64,000 nt of DNA from Paragordius varius (GCA_964247055.1 OZ176058.1:2480001-2544000), one strand, 5' to 3'. Shown: positions 33,320 through 47,859, numbered from the stretch's first letter. Notes: generated from the letters alone by a model not told the origin. Numbers and translations: made by a program.

Positions 33320-36300
33320 ATGAAATTTTTGCTTCTGTTCTGTAATGCCTCATTGCTCCTGAGCATGATTCTATTAATGAACAAGCCGGAAAAAGGTTAG
33401 AATTTGTCATATCAAAACTTAAAAGTATATGCGCTTAAAATTATTAGATAAAACTAAATTTATATAGACTAAACTTAAATATTCAAAAATATATATTATA
33501 TTTGAAAAAACAATTGCAAAATTGTGAATTTTATTAAACTCATTGCTTTCAATGCTGAATTTAATTATATCATGTATATCAGAGGGGTCAATACAAATGC
33601 CTGCATTTGAAATAAATCTATGGGCAACTATATATAATTTATTAGATTTCACAAACATCTGTAAAATACAAACCAACATAACAATTTTTTCTAGTTCTTG
33701 CCAATACAAATATGAATCTGAAAAATTGTTTAAGAAATGATGTTTTTACTAAGATTTTATGGGCATATTTTTACAATTAGGGCAGTCAGGGCCATGTGTG
33801 GTATATAATTTTAAGTTAGTTTGTTTTGTCTTTTTATATTTAAGTTTTTCCTGTATATGGTTGGCTCACCCACATAATTCTAATTGGATATAAATTTAAT
33901 TAATAGCTTTCAAAAGATTTATTTTCAATCAGTATTTAGCTAATTTCCAGTAATATTTACAATAATTATAAATTTTATGGATAAATTATTGTATAAATTA
34001 CAAAATGTGAATTTGGGATAGAGGTTATTAAAAAAATGTCTACGTTTTGTCTTTATAAATTTATGTTTTACTGTTTATACAGTAAAATTGAAATTATACG
34101 GACAAAAAGTAAAAATATAAAGACAAATATTTTTTTTTCTAAAAGACGACCATATTTTCTAAATCATACTTTTTATAATAACTTATTGTTTCAAACTATA
34201 AAGTAGGAAATAAAAATAAATTGATAACACAAGCAATTTATGTATTATTATACGATTTGTAATTAAATTATTTTAATTGGATAAATTAAGGTTTAAAAAG
34301 TATCATTGTCTTTTTGAAAAAAATTGTCTTTATACAGTAAAGACTGAAATTATACGGACAAAATGTTAAAATATAAAACAAATTTTTTTTCAAAAGACAA
34401 CCTTACTTTTTAGGATTCATTTTTTTAAAGGTAACCCATTGTAAATTGCATATAGAATTGATATCTATACTGGTGACACAATAAATTATATATTTTGAAA
34501 TTGTAAATATATAATTTGTATGAGAAAAATTAGGAGTATGGTAGTCTTTTAGAAAAAAATATTTGTCTTTATATTTTAACGTTTTGTTCGTATAACTTCA
34601 GTTTTTTTATAGATAACATCATCAATCATATATTTCAAAATTGGTGTTATTTAAAATTATGGTAATTTTTTATAAATTTATCTCTAAATTTTATATTGAA
34701 AATTTTGATTTTTTCTGTTTTTTATATTTTAGTTACATCTTCTGGCGTGGTCATTGGCTATGTAACAGAATGGTCGTCTTTGCCAATCAGTCAAATTCAA
34801 GGAAACTACTTAACACACATACTGTATGCCTTTCTGTTCATTAATCAGGACGGGTCTTTGAGGATTTTAGACTCTAGTAAAAAACTTTTGTAAATTAAAA
34901 CTAAAAATAGCTTACTATTTTCATTGTTTAAAAAAAATTTTAAGTGTATTACAACTATACTATTTCAATTTTGAAAATTGATTTAAAGCAGAGTAATACT
35001 CACTAGAATTTATAAAGGGGCGCAAACAATATTTTTCTTCGTGCAATATATAATACGATGGAAATTTCATAGCTGTTTAACACAGTTGCTAATAATTATA
35101 CCTAAAACAAGTATATAAAAAATATTGAATAAGTAATTCAGGGCCATAATAGCACTTTTAGAACCTCATGCGAACCCTGGGTTGCGGTTTGAGTACCACA
35201 GTTTTGATTTATTTAAGGAAAAAATTTTTATTTAAACCAATGATTTATGCAACCTTAAAATAGATATTCTACGAATAAGAATACTTTAAGTAAGGGCTTC
35301 TTGAACTTTTGTAATTCCCGACATTATTTATGATTGCAAGTTTCTTAACGACCCCAACAATTCGAAAAACTCTTAAAATTTGTTGATAAAATTTATCAGG
35401 GTTATTTGGGTTTTAAGAGATTGACAAAAATAAATCTAAATTTAATAAATTTCTATAACATCTTCTGATCCATAGAAAATTAATACAAGATAATGATCGG
35501 TATTCCCTTTTAAAGAAAAGAATGATATTATACAAATCCAGAAATTTGTTTAACTGAACTCATAATGGCTTCTTATTTTTTTAAAAAAATTAGCTTTAAA
35601 ACCACGCTATTTTTGTATGGCGTCTCAGTTTTAAACCGGTAAACTCTACCCATAGACCTATATGGAAAAAGCTCTTTGCCTTTATAGGGCAAATATTTGG
35701 AATCATCTTTGATACCATTGTCTCAAGGGTTTTTTAAAAAAATACCTATACACTAAATTATCGTTAAATGATGGCGTATTTTTAGGGCATAAAGGCCCCA
35801 AATTAACGGCTAATAAAAAGGCCTGACCTTAATTTTACCCAGTTACGGGTAATATTTCCAGCTTTTAATGAGGTCATGTTCATAAATTTTCTGTAAGTTA
35901 GCTAAAGTTTCTATATAGTGGCGCAGTTTTTGGTGGGTAGCTCCTAACCTAAGGCAGGTATAAAAAAGCGCTGGTTAAAATTTTTGCCATCCTATGGGGA
36001 AAATCTGGAATTATCATGGAATCCATATGTGCCTATTAGACTCATAGGAATTCTGAAATTTGGCTCCAAAGGCATGCTGTATCGAGATGTGACGCAGTTT
36101 TACGCGGGTAGTCTCTAACCAGGGGCGAAACAAAAAACGCTCGATTAAATTTTTTGCCTTAAGGGTAATACCTGGAATCATGATTGATTCCATATGATCT
36201 CATCTTCCCCAAAACCAAAATGTCATTCTATGGTGGCGCATTTTTCAGGGCAGGGGCCTAATTAAGAGGTAATTTAATAAAACCGCTACACTTAAATTTT

Positions 36301-39300
36301 TGCTTTTTACGATATTTTAATCCCCTATTGAATTCATATGGCCTGATAGGTTTTCTAAATTTTGCCTCCAAAGTCAGGCTGTATCGATATGGTTGTGCAG
36401 TTGTAGGCGGATAACCCCCTACCCAGAAGCCAATATAAAAGACATTCCATACAATTTTTAGCTTTTACAGTCCTGGAATCATATTTGAATCCATATGTTT
36501 TTTAATGGTTTTTGGAAGAATGGCTTCAAAACTAAATAATAGTTCAATAGCGCATTTTTAGGGCGTAAAGGGCCTAATTAACGGCCCATTAAGAAACCCG
36601 CTGGACTTAAATTTTTGCCTTTATACGGGTAATAATTCAGATCCTTATTTAACTTATATGGACTGATAAGTTTTCTGAAAATTAACTCCTAAACAACGAA
36701 ATTTCGCTATGATGGGGCGGTTTTAGGCGGGTAGCCCCTTACTCAAAGGCCGACACAAAAAAGCGCTTGATTAAAATTTTTGCCTTTTTACAATGCTCTC
36801 ATTAGTTTTAGGAAAAATTTCCTTAAAACTAAAAAATCATTTAATAGTGGCGTATTTATCAGGGCGTGAGGGGACTAATTGACGGCTAATTTTATAAATC
36901 GTACCCTAAATTTTTGCCTTGTTATGGGTAATATTTTAAGCACCTATTGAACTCATATGGCCTGATAGATTTTCTGAAATTTAGCCCCAAAACGCTATTT
37001 CTATATGACGGGGCAGTTTTTAGTGGGTATCTCCTTACCCAAAAGCCAATATAAAAAAAAAGCTCGACTAAAATATTTGCTTAACAGGAATACCTGGAAT
37101 CCTTATTAAATTTTTAGGGTATCTTTCCTTGAGCGAATAATAGATTTAAAAAATTATTTTTGTGGACTTTTCAATAAAATGACATTTTACAGCGGGAGCG
37201 GGTAAAAAGAGGGTTTAAATTAAAAAAGCGAGCCGACTATGTTCGGCGCAATAGATCATAAGTAAAAAAAATTAAATTTGCAATCGGTACAACACGTTTT
37301 CAGGAAAATTGTCTCAAAGTCACGATTTTTGTGGACTTCTGTTTTCAAAAAAAACCGTTTTTTACACGGGATGGGCCCAACTTGGGGTTTAATTTAAAAA
37401 AAGGCATATTGTCGGGGCATTCATTAATGATATTTTTTCGACATTTGGATTTGAATGGGTCCACCAGTTTTCCGAAAACAGATTATAAGCCGCATTTTCC
37501 AATTATAAAAATATATAGATTTTACAAGTTAAAAAACATTTTTGTCAAATTTTAATTTTATCACTCGCCACCCTATTATTTTAATACGCGACCCCAAATG
37601 GGGTCACGACCCATAGTTAGAGCAACCCTGCTTTGAGTAATCAAAAAATGTAGTTTTTTTATCGTTTTAAGTAAAATTGAAATCTCCAATTAAACAATGA
37701 ATGTCTAATGAAATTGATGTATAAACTATCAATTAAATTATTCCCCATATATGTGATTTTATTTGTATTTAGGTCAAGCCCATTTTACTCAATTGGAGGA
37801 GATGGTTAAAAAATATCCACACCTCAAAGTATTACCAAGTATAGGAGGTGCCAGAAACTCAACTGACTTTTTGTAATTATATATTTAGTCATTTTAAAGT
37901 ATTGAAAACAGTTATGTTCTAAAACATAATAAGCTAAAAACGTTTAAACAAAATCTCACACCTTTGATAAAGAATTCACAAAATATAAAAAATATCTTGA
38001 TATTATATATGTGTTGATAGAAAAATTCTCAACTGTATTGCTTTTTGTTTTGTGTCTCATGAGTCATATTAGGAAGTTATTTACACTTTTATATGTTAAA
38101 AAATAAATTTTCCACAAAGTTTATGTGTAACTTTTTTGCGCTGTATTGGCATATATCAAAATAAGATATCGCGTATATGTTGTCTAATTCAGAGGTATAT
38201 TATATAATAGATTATTATATGTGTTATAGAATTTTGAATACTGACGCTAAACGCCAAGTATTTGCAGATTCTTGCAAAGCTTTTATTCAAAAACACAAAT
38301 TCCATGGCATTGATATAGATTGGGAATATCCCGCAAACAAAGATCAACAAGCTTCGTATGGCAAATTATTAGAAGTAAGTAAACTCTAAAGCCTATACTT
38401 AATTTCCATTAATTAATAAATAAAATTATAAGTATAATAGGAAAACTGAAGGGTAAAACATCTTTTTATATATAAACACATAGGTATCTAAAAATTTTAA
38501 AGCCAAATAATATGAATAAATGAAACATACAGTCAATGTGTGCGGATTTAGTTGGCCCTCTCAACTTGTGCGATTTTTTGGTGATTTTTGATTGGTTATT
38601 TCTCACTTTTTATGCTGTTTTATTCGTCTGCTATTTTTATATTAAAAATGTTATTTATGCCATTTTTGCATTTTTAAGCCGATCGTTATAGGTTGACATA
38701 GTCTCTGAAAAATATGATTTTTTTACGAATTTTTTTTTGATTACTTCGTAAACTTAAACCTATTTGTGTTTTAGTTTTAACATTTTGGCTATAAATGTAA
38801 TTTTTTACTGTATAATATTTATAGATACTTAAAGAAACATTGGGCTCTGGTTATGAAGTTATGTCTGCCGTTGCAGCCGGTGTTGACTATATGCAATTTT
38901 TCAACATCGATGCCATGAATAAGTATATTTCTGTTTTTTCCATTTTATATTTTTTATGATTGTTTTAAATATTTTCACACTTCATAATCGTATCGTATTT
39001 AGTTATCTAGATTATGTGTTAGTTATGGGTTATGATTTTGCTGGCTCATGGAGTACAACCACGTCCCACAATGCCCCTCTCAAGGGCGGTCAGTACAGTG
39101 TTGTAAGTTTTTATTATCGGTATATTCAATATACCATTTGCACCTCAAATAATTCACTTTTGAACATTACAAATTAACCCTTTAACGCAGCAAATTCACC
39201 CTTAAGAGCTTCTGACCCTTATTGTTATTTTTTAAATCAAAATAAACCTATATTTTAATATTTTCAAAAATATATTTTGTTTAATATTATCATAAAGAAT

Positions 39301-42300
39301 AGCAAATGATAATCTATGCAATAAAAAAACAGTATCATATTAATTATGAACTTATTAGCATTTTATTTTAGGGTTAAATATTTTAGGGTTAGTTTGTGGT
39401 GTAAATGATATGTATATATAAAAAATTAACTTAAAAAATGAAAATCATTTTTCCTTTACATACTTATATTCAGTTTTTATTTTGTAATTTTTTTAACATC
39501 TTGAAAATGTTATACCATTATAACCAAAATTTTAAAATCTAACAAATAAATTAAATAATAAAGTTTATAATCATATATACGCGTTTTCACTATTGAAAAT
39601 AACCATTAAAAGTTAAAACCCCGATATTTTTCCATTCCTAATTTAAAATTTCAATTTTTTTCACACACCTAAACACGAAATCTTTTTGATTTAGGAAGGT
39701 GCAGTGAATACTTGGGTATCTAACGGATTACAACCCAAAAAAATTGTGGTCGGGGTTCCTTTTTACGGGGGAAAATTTAATGCGCAGTCACACACAGTAG
39801 GCAGTCCAGGTCAATATGTCCAACTCATGACATATGATGAGGTAATCGAATTATTTTGTTTTTGAAATAAAATACAGTAAAAACTGAAATTAACCATGGA
39901 CAAAACGTGAAATATAAAGACAAATATTTTTTTTTATCAAAAGACAACCAACCCTACCATACTTTTTTAATCATTTTTTTAACTATATAACTAACCAACC
40001 ATTGTTTCGAATCGCGTATTATAGTATTTATATAGGTGAAACCATAAATTAATTATTTTAAAATTGTAATATATAATTTATATGAGATTAATTAAGGATT
40101 AAAAAAGTATGGTTGTCTTATAAAAAATATATTTGTCTTTTTAATTTAACGTGCATGTAATATCAGATTTTACAGTAATTACAGTAAAAAATTTATTTTT
40201 TTTTATTAAATTGTGTAAAAAGCGAAATCTCACCTAATAAAAATGTCATACATAATATTTTAATATATTTTCGATATAAATATTATATCATCATGATCAA
40301 AAAAAAGAAAAATTTATACAATCTTACAGTAAATATTGAAATTATAATGACGAATTATAAAAAATGAGAGAGAGTCAATTTTTTAAGACATCCGCACTTT
40401 TTAAGCTTTGAATTTTTCATAAATAAATCATTATTATTGGTCAGATTTGCGAAAACAACTAATTGAGATGTAAAAAATTAAAGTGTATATAATAAAATAA
40501 CGAAAGTTTTCTCCGCATAGCTTTATTTTTTTAATATTCATAATTCTTTTTGATATACTGTGGTAGCCTTCTCCCCCGTGTGACTAAAAAGAATGTGATA
40601 ATATCCGCGTCTCCATATTTTTTATCAGATTTTTTTTAAATAAAAATTTTAAATAATTTAATTATTTAATAATTTGTAAAGTAATGAGATCTCATTAACT
40701 TTTATCTATTTTTGGGGTCGTTGCCGCAAAATTTCTACAAACTAATGATTTAATTAGTGTATGAAAAAGTGTAGTCAACTTTAACAGAATTAATTTTGAA
40801 AACTAGCCTCTTATTTAAGTTTAAGTTATAAATTTATAAAGCTATGTATTTGGAAAAGCTCAGAATGGGGTGGGGTCTACTATAAATATCTTATTAATGC
40901 TTAACACAATATTAAAAATCTATATTTTTTAGATCAAATCAGCTCCTATGACACGTGCGTGGGATAGTAATGCCCAAACTTCGTATGGATACAGTGGGAA
41001 TAATTGGTATACGTTTGATGATGCCGAAAGCCTTAAAAAGAAAGTAAGTCCACTAAGTTACTTATATTTGCAATCGTAAAAGGGGTAGTTATCAAGCTTT
41101 TATATGGTATTTTATCCCATTTTTCCTGAAACCAGATATATTCTAGGTTATCCGCGCTACTATATATATCATTTACACTTCGAATTCACCTTTAAACATT
41201 TCATTCATCCTCGAACATTAAGAATTTACCCTGAAGATAAATTACGTGTTTTTGGACTAATAATTTAAATAACTATTATTTGATCTTTCTTTATGGCATG
41301 GCATTAAACAAAGTTTTATTTTTTAAAATATCCAGTTAAAATACTAGGGTGAAATGATTAAGATTTGAGATGTTCAATGGTGTTAAAAGGTTTTGTTGTT
41401 TAAGAAATATAAGATATGTTTTATACCTTAGCAAATAATTTAATTTGGTTTTCAAAAAATGAATATTCGTTGTAAAATAATATTAAATTTTTTCCATGTT
41501 TTAGGTTGATTATGCTTGCCCTACATACGGTGGTGCTATGATATGGGAGTTAAGTCAAAACAGAGATCAAAGTTTACTAAAAGCTGTATATGATGAGGTA
41601 ATTTTTGTTTAATCAAAAACTTATCTAAAAAAATATTGATTATATATAATTACAGACCATATTAGTATTATTTCATTACTTACAATTCAGCTTGATTAAG
41701 GATTTTTATGATATGTAGACCAGTGGTGCTCCTTAAATAATATAATAACTTTTTTGATGAACTTATGCTAAATATAAATATCTACAAATTTGCTATTATA
41801 TGGCATGGCCTTTGGAAAAAATTTTTGCGGCCTTCTTAATCTTTTTGGTTAGTCCAATGGAAATAGATTATGAATAGGTAGTCGATTCACCCTATTAAAT
41901 TCATCTCATTTTTAATTCTTTGTTAACAGGTTAAGAGTCAATGTGGAATAGATTCTGGGAATGGCACAACAACCACCCAGGCGCCAGGTACCAGCACTTC
42001 TGGTAGTTCGACAACAGCTGTTCCAACCGGAAGTACAACTTCTCGTTCGACAACAGCTGTTCCGACTGGAACTACCACTCATGCTAGTTCGACATCAGCT
42101 GTTCCAACACCTGGCCCTACAACAACAACCTCGGGCACAGGAGGGGGAGGTGATTGTCCCCAAACCCCAGCTGAGATCTGTAAAACTGGCAACAATTTAG
42201 GATATGCCAGCTATCCACCCGATTGCAAGTATTGTATTGTCCTTTTTTAGATTCTTTTATTGTTTATTACAATAAAAAAACGAAATTATTCAGACAAAAC

Positions 42301-43622
42301 GCAAATCAAAGAAAGACAATCTACCATACTTTTTGAACTTTATCTTTTCCTAAGTTATCAAATAATAATATATATATAATTGTTGTTACCAATCTACATC
42401 TCTATTTCATATTTTTCAGTTTAATACAATGAGTTTATGTTCAAAAAAATTACAGTGGTTTTTAGAAAGAAATAATTGTTTATATGTGATTACGTTCTGT
42501 CCTTACATTTTCAATTTTTACTGTATTTACTCCCCTCATTGTGCGAATGTTATATACTAATCTCAGCTTTCTCTCTATTAAAGTGTATCCATAGGCAATC
42601 TTGGGACTCCCACATATAAGTTAGGTATTAAACTGTATCCACCCCTTTTTTAGGCGGACCCTTTTGCTGGTACCATCGACCGGCCCAAAATAAATGTTTT
42701 TTCCCGAGTATAATATATAAGAATGTGATATGTATGGAATGACTGTAGATTATCTGATCGTAAATCAAAAATTCGGATTTGATAAAGAGTTAAGAATATA
42801 TGAGATAGGGAGTTGTAAGCTCTCCAGGAGATTCTTAATGATTTAGTTGATGCAGACTTTATCGATTAATTTACATATCCGTAGTTCAGACCCATAAATA
42901 GCAACGGGTTAAACCACTTATATATAATGAATTAATGATAATTTGCCATATCATTATAGAAACTAGTGTAAAAAGCTGATAATCGAGTAAAGTAATAGCC
43001 CACACAAAAATCTCGCAAAAAAATCATTTTCGATCTTAAACCATTGGATATTTGATCATAAGATATTGCATTTCGGCATCACGTTCTAACTATTATATTG
43101 ATTATGAAATAAAAATTTTAGGTATCCGATTTGTGAAGCATTCGATATAACCCTAGCTCTTAGGGTCAGTATGTGCGTTGTCTTTGATTTTTAATAAGAA
43201 AATGAAAAAAACTCTATTCAGTAAAACATTGTTAGTTTTCATTAATTGCCAGCCAGAGAGACTATTCAGCAAAAGGAAATATTATAATTTAAATATATTT
43301 TTCCCTTTTACCATTATTACATGTAATAAAATATTTGGCAGCAATATTTGATAAAAAAACCATCATGTACACTTAGGGAGTGTATCCACGATGCTAGTCT
43401 ACGAATACTACGGACAACGAACGGTTTTACATACATCATTTAGAATTTTGTCTCATACATTATTTCATTTCAATTATTCTCTATTATATTTATTTTAGCA
43501 AGTTTGTGTCGTGCGTAGCCTATGTGATTATGGATTGCCCTGCAGGCCTGGTGTGGAATCCGACGATTAATGCATGCGATTGGAGCACAAATTATGCTTG
43601 TACATCCTGCAAAATAAATTAA
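33320..43622 (+). CDS. Secreted GH18 chitinase with Ser/Thr linker and C-terminal CBM14 (peritrophin-A) domain, 478 aa, 11 exons
   Basis: Exons 33320-33395, 34733-34876, 37773-37872, 38230-38374, 38825-38922, 39003-39102, 39695-39841, 40933-41043, 41505-41597, 41930-42228, 43499-43622 (1437 nt, open frame). Signal-like MKFLLLFCNASLLLSMILL; VVIGYVTEW; LTHILYAF; SIGG; FHGIDIDWEYP; VMGYDFAGSW; KIVVGVPFYG; WYTFDD; GGAMIWEL; CBM14 C...YPPDCNKFVSC...CPAGLVWNPTINACDW...C. Confidence 0.95.
34078..34610. mobile_element. Two adjacent MITEs of the TACAGTAAAA family in chitinase intron 1
   Basis: Copies start at 34078 and 34333, each with the AAATTATACGGACAAAA / TTTTGTTCGTATAAC-type inverted arms. Confidence 0.7.
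35292..37630 (+). mobile_element. hAT (Buster-type) MITE with a nested Helitron, in chitinase intron 2
   Basis: Same family as 18332-19807 (GGGCTTCTT.AAC start; GTCACGAC.CATAGTT...CCCTG end); TSD CTTTAAGT / CTTTGAGT (7 of 8 match). Confidence 0.8.
35560..37519 (-). mobile_element. Non-autonomous Helitron with about 10 subrepeats (copy D)
   Basis: 5' terminus TCTATATATTTTTATAA at 37519; alternating ~155-170-bp subrepeats; 3' hairpin not found. Confidence 0.75.
39873..40177. mobile_element. MITE, TACAGTAAAAACTG family (also in the duplicate at about 61069-61370)
   Basis: TACAGTAAAAACTGAAAT...CCATACTTTTTTAATC and GGATTAAAAAAGTATGG...ATTTGTCTTT inverted arms. Confidence 0.7.
42004..42110 (+). 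repeat. Three ~39-nt coding repeats (SSTTAVPTG-type) in the chitinase mucin-like linker
   Basis: GTTCGACA(A/T)CAGCTGTTCC(A/G)AC recurs three times at 39-nt spacing. Confidence 0.85.
43368..43397 (+). mobile_element. Possible Helitron 3' terminus in the last chitinase intron
   Basis: TACACT-taggg-AGTGTA hairpin followed 9 nt later by CTAG|T; matching 5' end not identified. Confidence 0.3.
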
Positions 43623-45850
43623 ATGAAAAAAATTATTGGGATAATTTTTAACCAAATTTAATTTTAGCATAGCTTAAATTTGTAAATCTGCTAAAACCTA
43701 TATTATTTTTTTATGTAAATACAGTCATATATCCTTTTTGTTTTATGAAAATTTATTTTCTTTCGTTAAATGGGTATTGGTAAAGAATTGAAAAAAAAAC
43801 AAGTGCTCTATGGTATTAACAATATCATATTCCTCAAAAAATATAAAATTTACCATAGAGCTCTTGTTTTTTCCATTCTTTACCAAATATTTATACTCAT
43901 TTAACAAAAAAAATAAATTTTTGATAAAATAAAGTATACATGACTGTAATATATATTCATACAGACACAACGTAAAAACATACAAACAATGTATTTTTGT
44001 CATACGTTTCTTATACCTTAAATTACCTTTTATTAATAATTTAATTCCAATTGTATAAATAATTTTAAACAATAAGTTTTAATAAAACAATCAAGTTAGA
44101 AAATATAATTGCCCTTTAAAAGAATATTTCTAAAGTTTATACTTATTTGTATAATTTCTAATTTTAGCGTACAATGCCTTAAATTTATTATAATTTTTTG
44201 TGTAAATAATACATTTCTATTTATAGATTCGTGTAATTTAAACAAAAACGTATCTGCAAATAAATGTTTAACAAAATATTACTTATACTATAATGTATGT
44301 ATGATATATTGGAAATTAACCATTAAATTTACCCGTTTGTCTCTTTAAATGTTGTGTCATAAAGTTAATTATACCTTGGAAAAAGCATTAAATCGACAAC
44401 CATCTATCCTATAATAATAATAATTAGTTGAATAACTTAAAGACTCCCGGCCCTATATTCAGAAACAAAATTAATATTTTATCCAAATGTACCATAACAA
44501 ATAAAGAGTACTCTCTTAAATCGATTAACAATCTAGTTGCTTAATTTTAATTTTCAATTCAAATGCTAGTTAATGATCCTTTTCGGTTATATATTTAAGT
44601 CCATTAAGTTATAGAGTTTTATGTTATCAAAATTTGAAAATATTATCGAATTTCCTTTTTTTAATAGGGCGAATTTATTGAAAATAACCAATTCCATGTC
44701 TATCTATCGTGTCAAATTTGGGATTACCTTTTTTTACTCTCATTTATTAACTTTGACTATTATCACTTAATTTAATAATTTATATAAAATTAATAAAATA
44801 TTTAAGCTAATTATGTTCATTATGGTAAAGGGCAACATCAAATATAAGGGTTTATATTTATATTTTGTTAAAATTAACCCTGATCTATATGCCAAAACTT
44901 AACTAAAATTGATTTTTATTACAAACCGTAAGCAAATACATATTAAAATATGTTAGTGTTAATAATTATATCTTACATAATACCAGCTTTAGTAAGCACT
45001 TTTGGCCACAGATTTCAGTTCGAGATATAATGGTTATTATGAAATACAAGACTGAAAATTTTGAAGAATAATTTGTTTAAATTTCTATTAAGGACAGAAC
45101 AGTTACCGTAAGGCAATGTGTGAGTCTTGAACTGCTCTGCAGCCAAACGAAATCCTGCCAAGTTCTTAAGGAAACGAACCATTTCCAATCCTTCCCCCTA
45201 AGCCTAAATCCTCACAATCGAAATCTTTAACTATTTTTTATATAAATTTTAATTAATTTTATTGAGCAATATTTATGCTAATTATAATAATAAGTGGTCT
45301 TGTTGTGGAATTCTTTGGTATATTTCCTGTTATGCCTTATTAAGTCTCATTGAGTTAAATAATAATCAAATAAAAAATGTATCATCGAAATATAACTTTA
45401 TGGCAAAGAGGAGCTTTTTACAGAATAAAAATAAATTCTGATTAATATAGAGTAAATACGGGATTTAATTACATTGGGTGATAAATAATTATCGTAGCCT
45501 TTCATATATTTAATCAGTATACATATATTTGCTTTTGCAATAATATGTATTTTATTTACACGAATTTCCAATTTTAAATCATAAGTTGTCTAATTGGCGA
45601 ATTGAACAATAATATCCTGGTTTTAAAAATATATTTTAGGTGCGATGACAAATCAAATAATTGACAAAAAAGCATATTGAAATTCATTTTTTAGCTAATA
45701 CCATCAAACTATTGAACAAAACATACTAATTTAGTTGATAAAAAATATATCAATGTAGGATGTCTTATTTATAAGAGATAACTTTGCTAAAAATTTTATA
45801 ACCAACGCTTATCTGTAGCGCAATTTCATTATGATCATTTTTAAATTAAC

Positions 45851-45967
45851 CAAAGAAATGCGTGGGTCTCGGCCTGCTGCGCGGATCTAGGAAGTCCTGC
45901 GGACTTTTTTTAGAAAATGAACCAACTCCAATCCCTAACCCTAGCCCACAAACTCAAAAACCTTAAA
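45851..45967 (+). repeat. ~120-bp dispersed repeat: double hairpin plus telomere-like CCCTAA units
   Basis: Homologous to 46705-46826; degenerate copy at about 45118-45225; half copy on the minus strand at 57375-57437. Confidence 0.85.
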
Positions 45968-46704
45968 GTACTTGAACCCGCATTCAAGAAATTATATTAT
46001 ATCTAAATCGAATTTTTTTTATTTTTTGATGAAATTTATTGGGTATAAACACTATTAATACAATATATGTAAGTAAAATCAAATATTAGCATATTGTAAT
46101 ATTAGTCTTTTAAGTCGTTTTCATAATAACTTAAATTTATAATGTCATCAATTTTTGACCTTTATTTCGAACGATGTCTAATCAATCAATTACAAGTTTT
46201 AAAAACAATGTTCATAGACATGTATATAATTTTTAAAACGTATTTGTCTTAGTTGACACAAAACTCCTAGTTTATAAAAATATATTTTTAAAATATACAA
46301 ATTAGGGATTTGTATGTAAATAAATTTATTCAATAGTAATATTATTTTGGAGCATTAATAATTAAGTAAGATACATTAAAATTAAAAAGCAAATTACTGA
46401 ATACCCTTCTAACGAATTTATTAAAAAAATAAATCTGCCGGATAAATATGGATGGGATTATTATATTTAAACATGGTAAGTATTTGTAAGGCTTTAGAGC
46501 TAAAATAATTTTTTATCCATTGATCCTCTTTACTGAAACTAGCACAGATCTTTATTTATTAGTCAAAAAATAATTTAACCCAAACTATCAAATATTTTTA
46601 CGCGAGTTATATGCCCCATATTAATATCTTTACATATGTTTATAATCAAAAGTTTAGTAAAAAATATATTTAAATACTAACAATATTATTACAAAAATAT
46701 TTCA

Positions 46705-46826
46705 CAAAGAAGTGCGTGGGTCTCGGCCTGCTGCGCAGACCGAGGAAGTCCTGCGGACTTCTTCAAGAAAATGAACCAACTCCAATCCCTAACCCTAACC
46801 CTAGCCCACAAACTCGAAAACCCTAA
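46705..46826 (+). repeat. ~120-bp dispersed repeat: double hairpin plus (CCCTAA)2CCCTAG, best-preserved copy
   Basis: CTCGG-C-CTGC-tgc-GCAG-A-CCGAG immediately followed by GAAGTCC-tgc-GGACTTC, then CCCTAACCCTAACCCTAG at 46787-46804. Confidence 0.85.
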
Positions 46827-47859
46827 AATTAAATCTGTATTAAAATAATTGACTACCATATAACTAAATATTTTTGTTGGTTATACAATTTAATATAAAT
46901 ATTTGTTAAAAATATCAGTTAGCTTAAACTATTAGAACTATATTAATACGTGCTTGAGTCATTGATAATACTATCCAACGATATCGCATTTTGCCCATAC
47001 CGCTTTTTACAATATTATTAACAAAAAAAGTTAGATGGAACTACTTCAATTTAAATTTGTGTTTTATATTAATAAATTACGGATTTTAACAACTGTTATT
47101 ACAAAACATAACCAATCCGTTCATTACCATTACAATAATTGATATATTGGAATATGTGATTAATTAGGTTGCTTATTCCCATTTAGCAAAAATAATTTTT
47201 AACTCAAGCAGTGTATGCTATAATATTTGATTGATTTTAATTTTTTATAATGAGAATAAAAGTCAACGTTTAGATTAATTATTTTAACTAGTTATTCATT
47301 ATTGTTGGATTTTACAAATAGTGTCTAGATTTTAAATATTAATATTTAAAATGTATTTAAAAAAAATTTTAAACAAATTTCTAGTCGATTGTAATCTTTA
47401 TAGAACAAAATAGAAATAAAATAATTTCCTGATGTATCCCCAAATGTTTAATTAATCTAAATTATTTCTACAGGTTAAAAGGCAAACTTTTATATAATAA
47501 TATGTTTATTAAATAATCATAAAATTCTTAAATTTAATAAAAATAAGGAGCCAACTTTAATAAAATTCTTATTTAACATATATTACCAATTGAATTTATA
47601 AAATTAATAAATATTAGGATTCGAAACAATTTATATATAAAATTAGATATAATTATGTTTTCCTAAATTATTATCGATATTTAAAGCATTTCAAATTTAA
47701 CTTATTAAGTGATGATATTTAAATTATATTTTTTAACATATTTAAAATATATATTCACATTATTTTACAGAGATGTATAATATTAATTATTGTAATAGCC
47801 TATAAATAAGATATAATTATTATTAGAGAGCAAAAAAATATTTAACATTAGAGTGATAT

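Noticed and set aside
41961-42200. Gln/Leu/Val-rich ORF (and its twin at 63131-63385) suggesting an overlapping gene
   Set aside because: It is an alternative frame of the Ser/Thr linker exon; repetitive ACA/TCG codons explain the absence of stops.
43743-44348. Opposing 109-aa and 79-aa ORFs rich in F/I/K/N/Y
   Set aside because: Composition is what random AT-rich DNA yields; no motifs or splice support.
46787-46804. CCCTAA repeats as a true telomere
   Set aside because: Only 2-3 units, internal, and embedded in a dispersed repeat.
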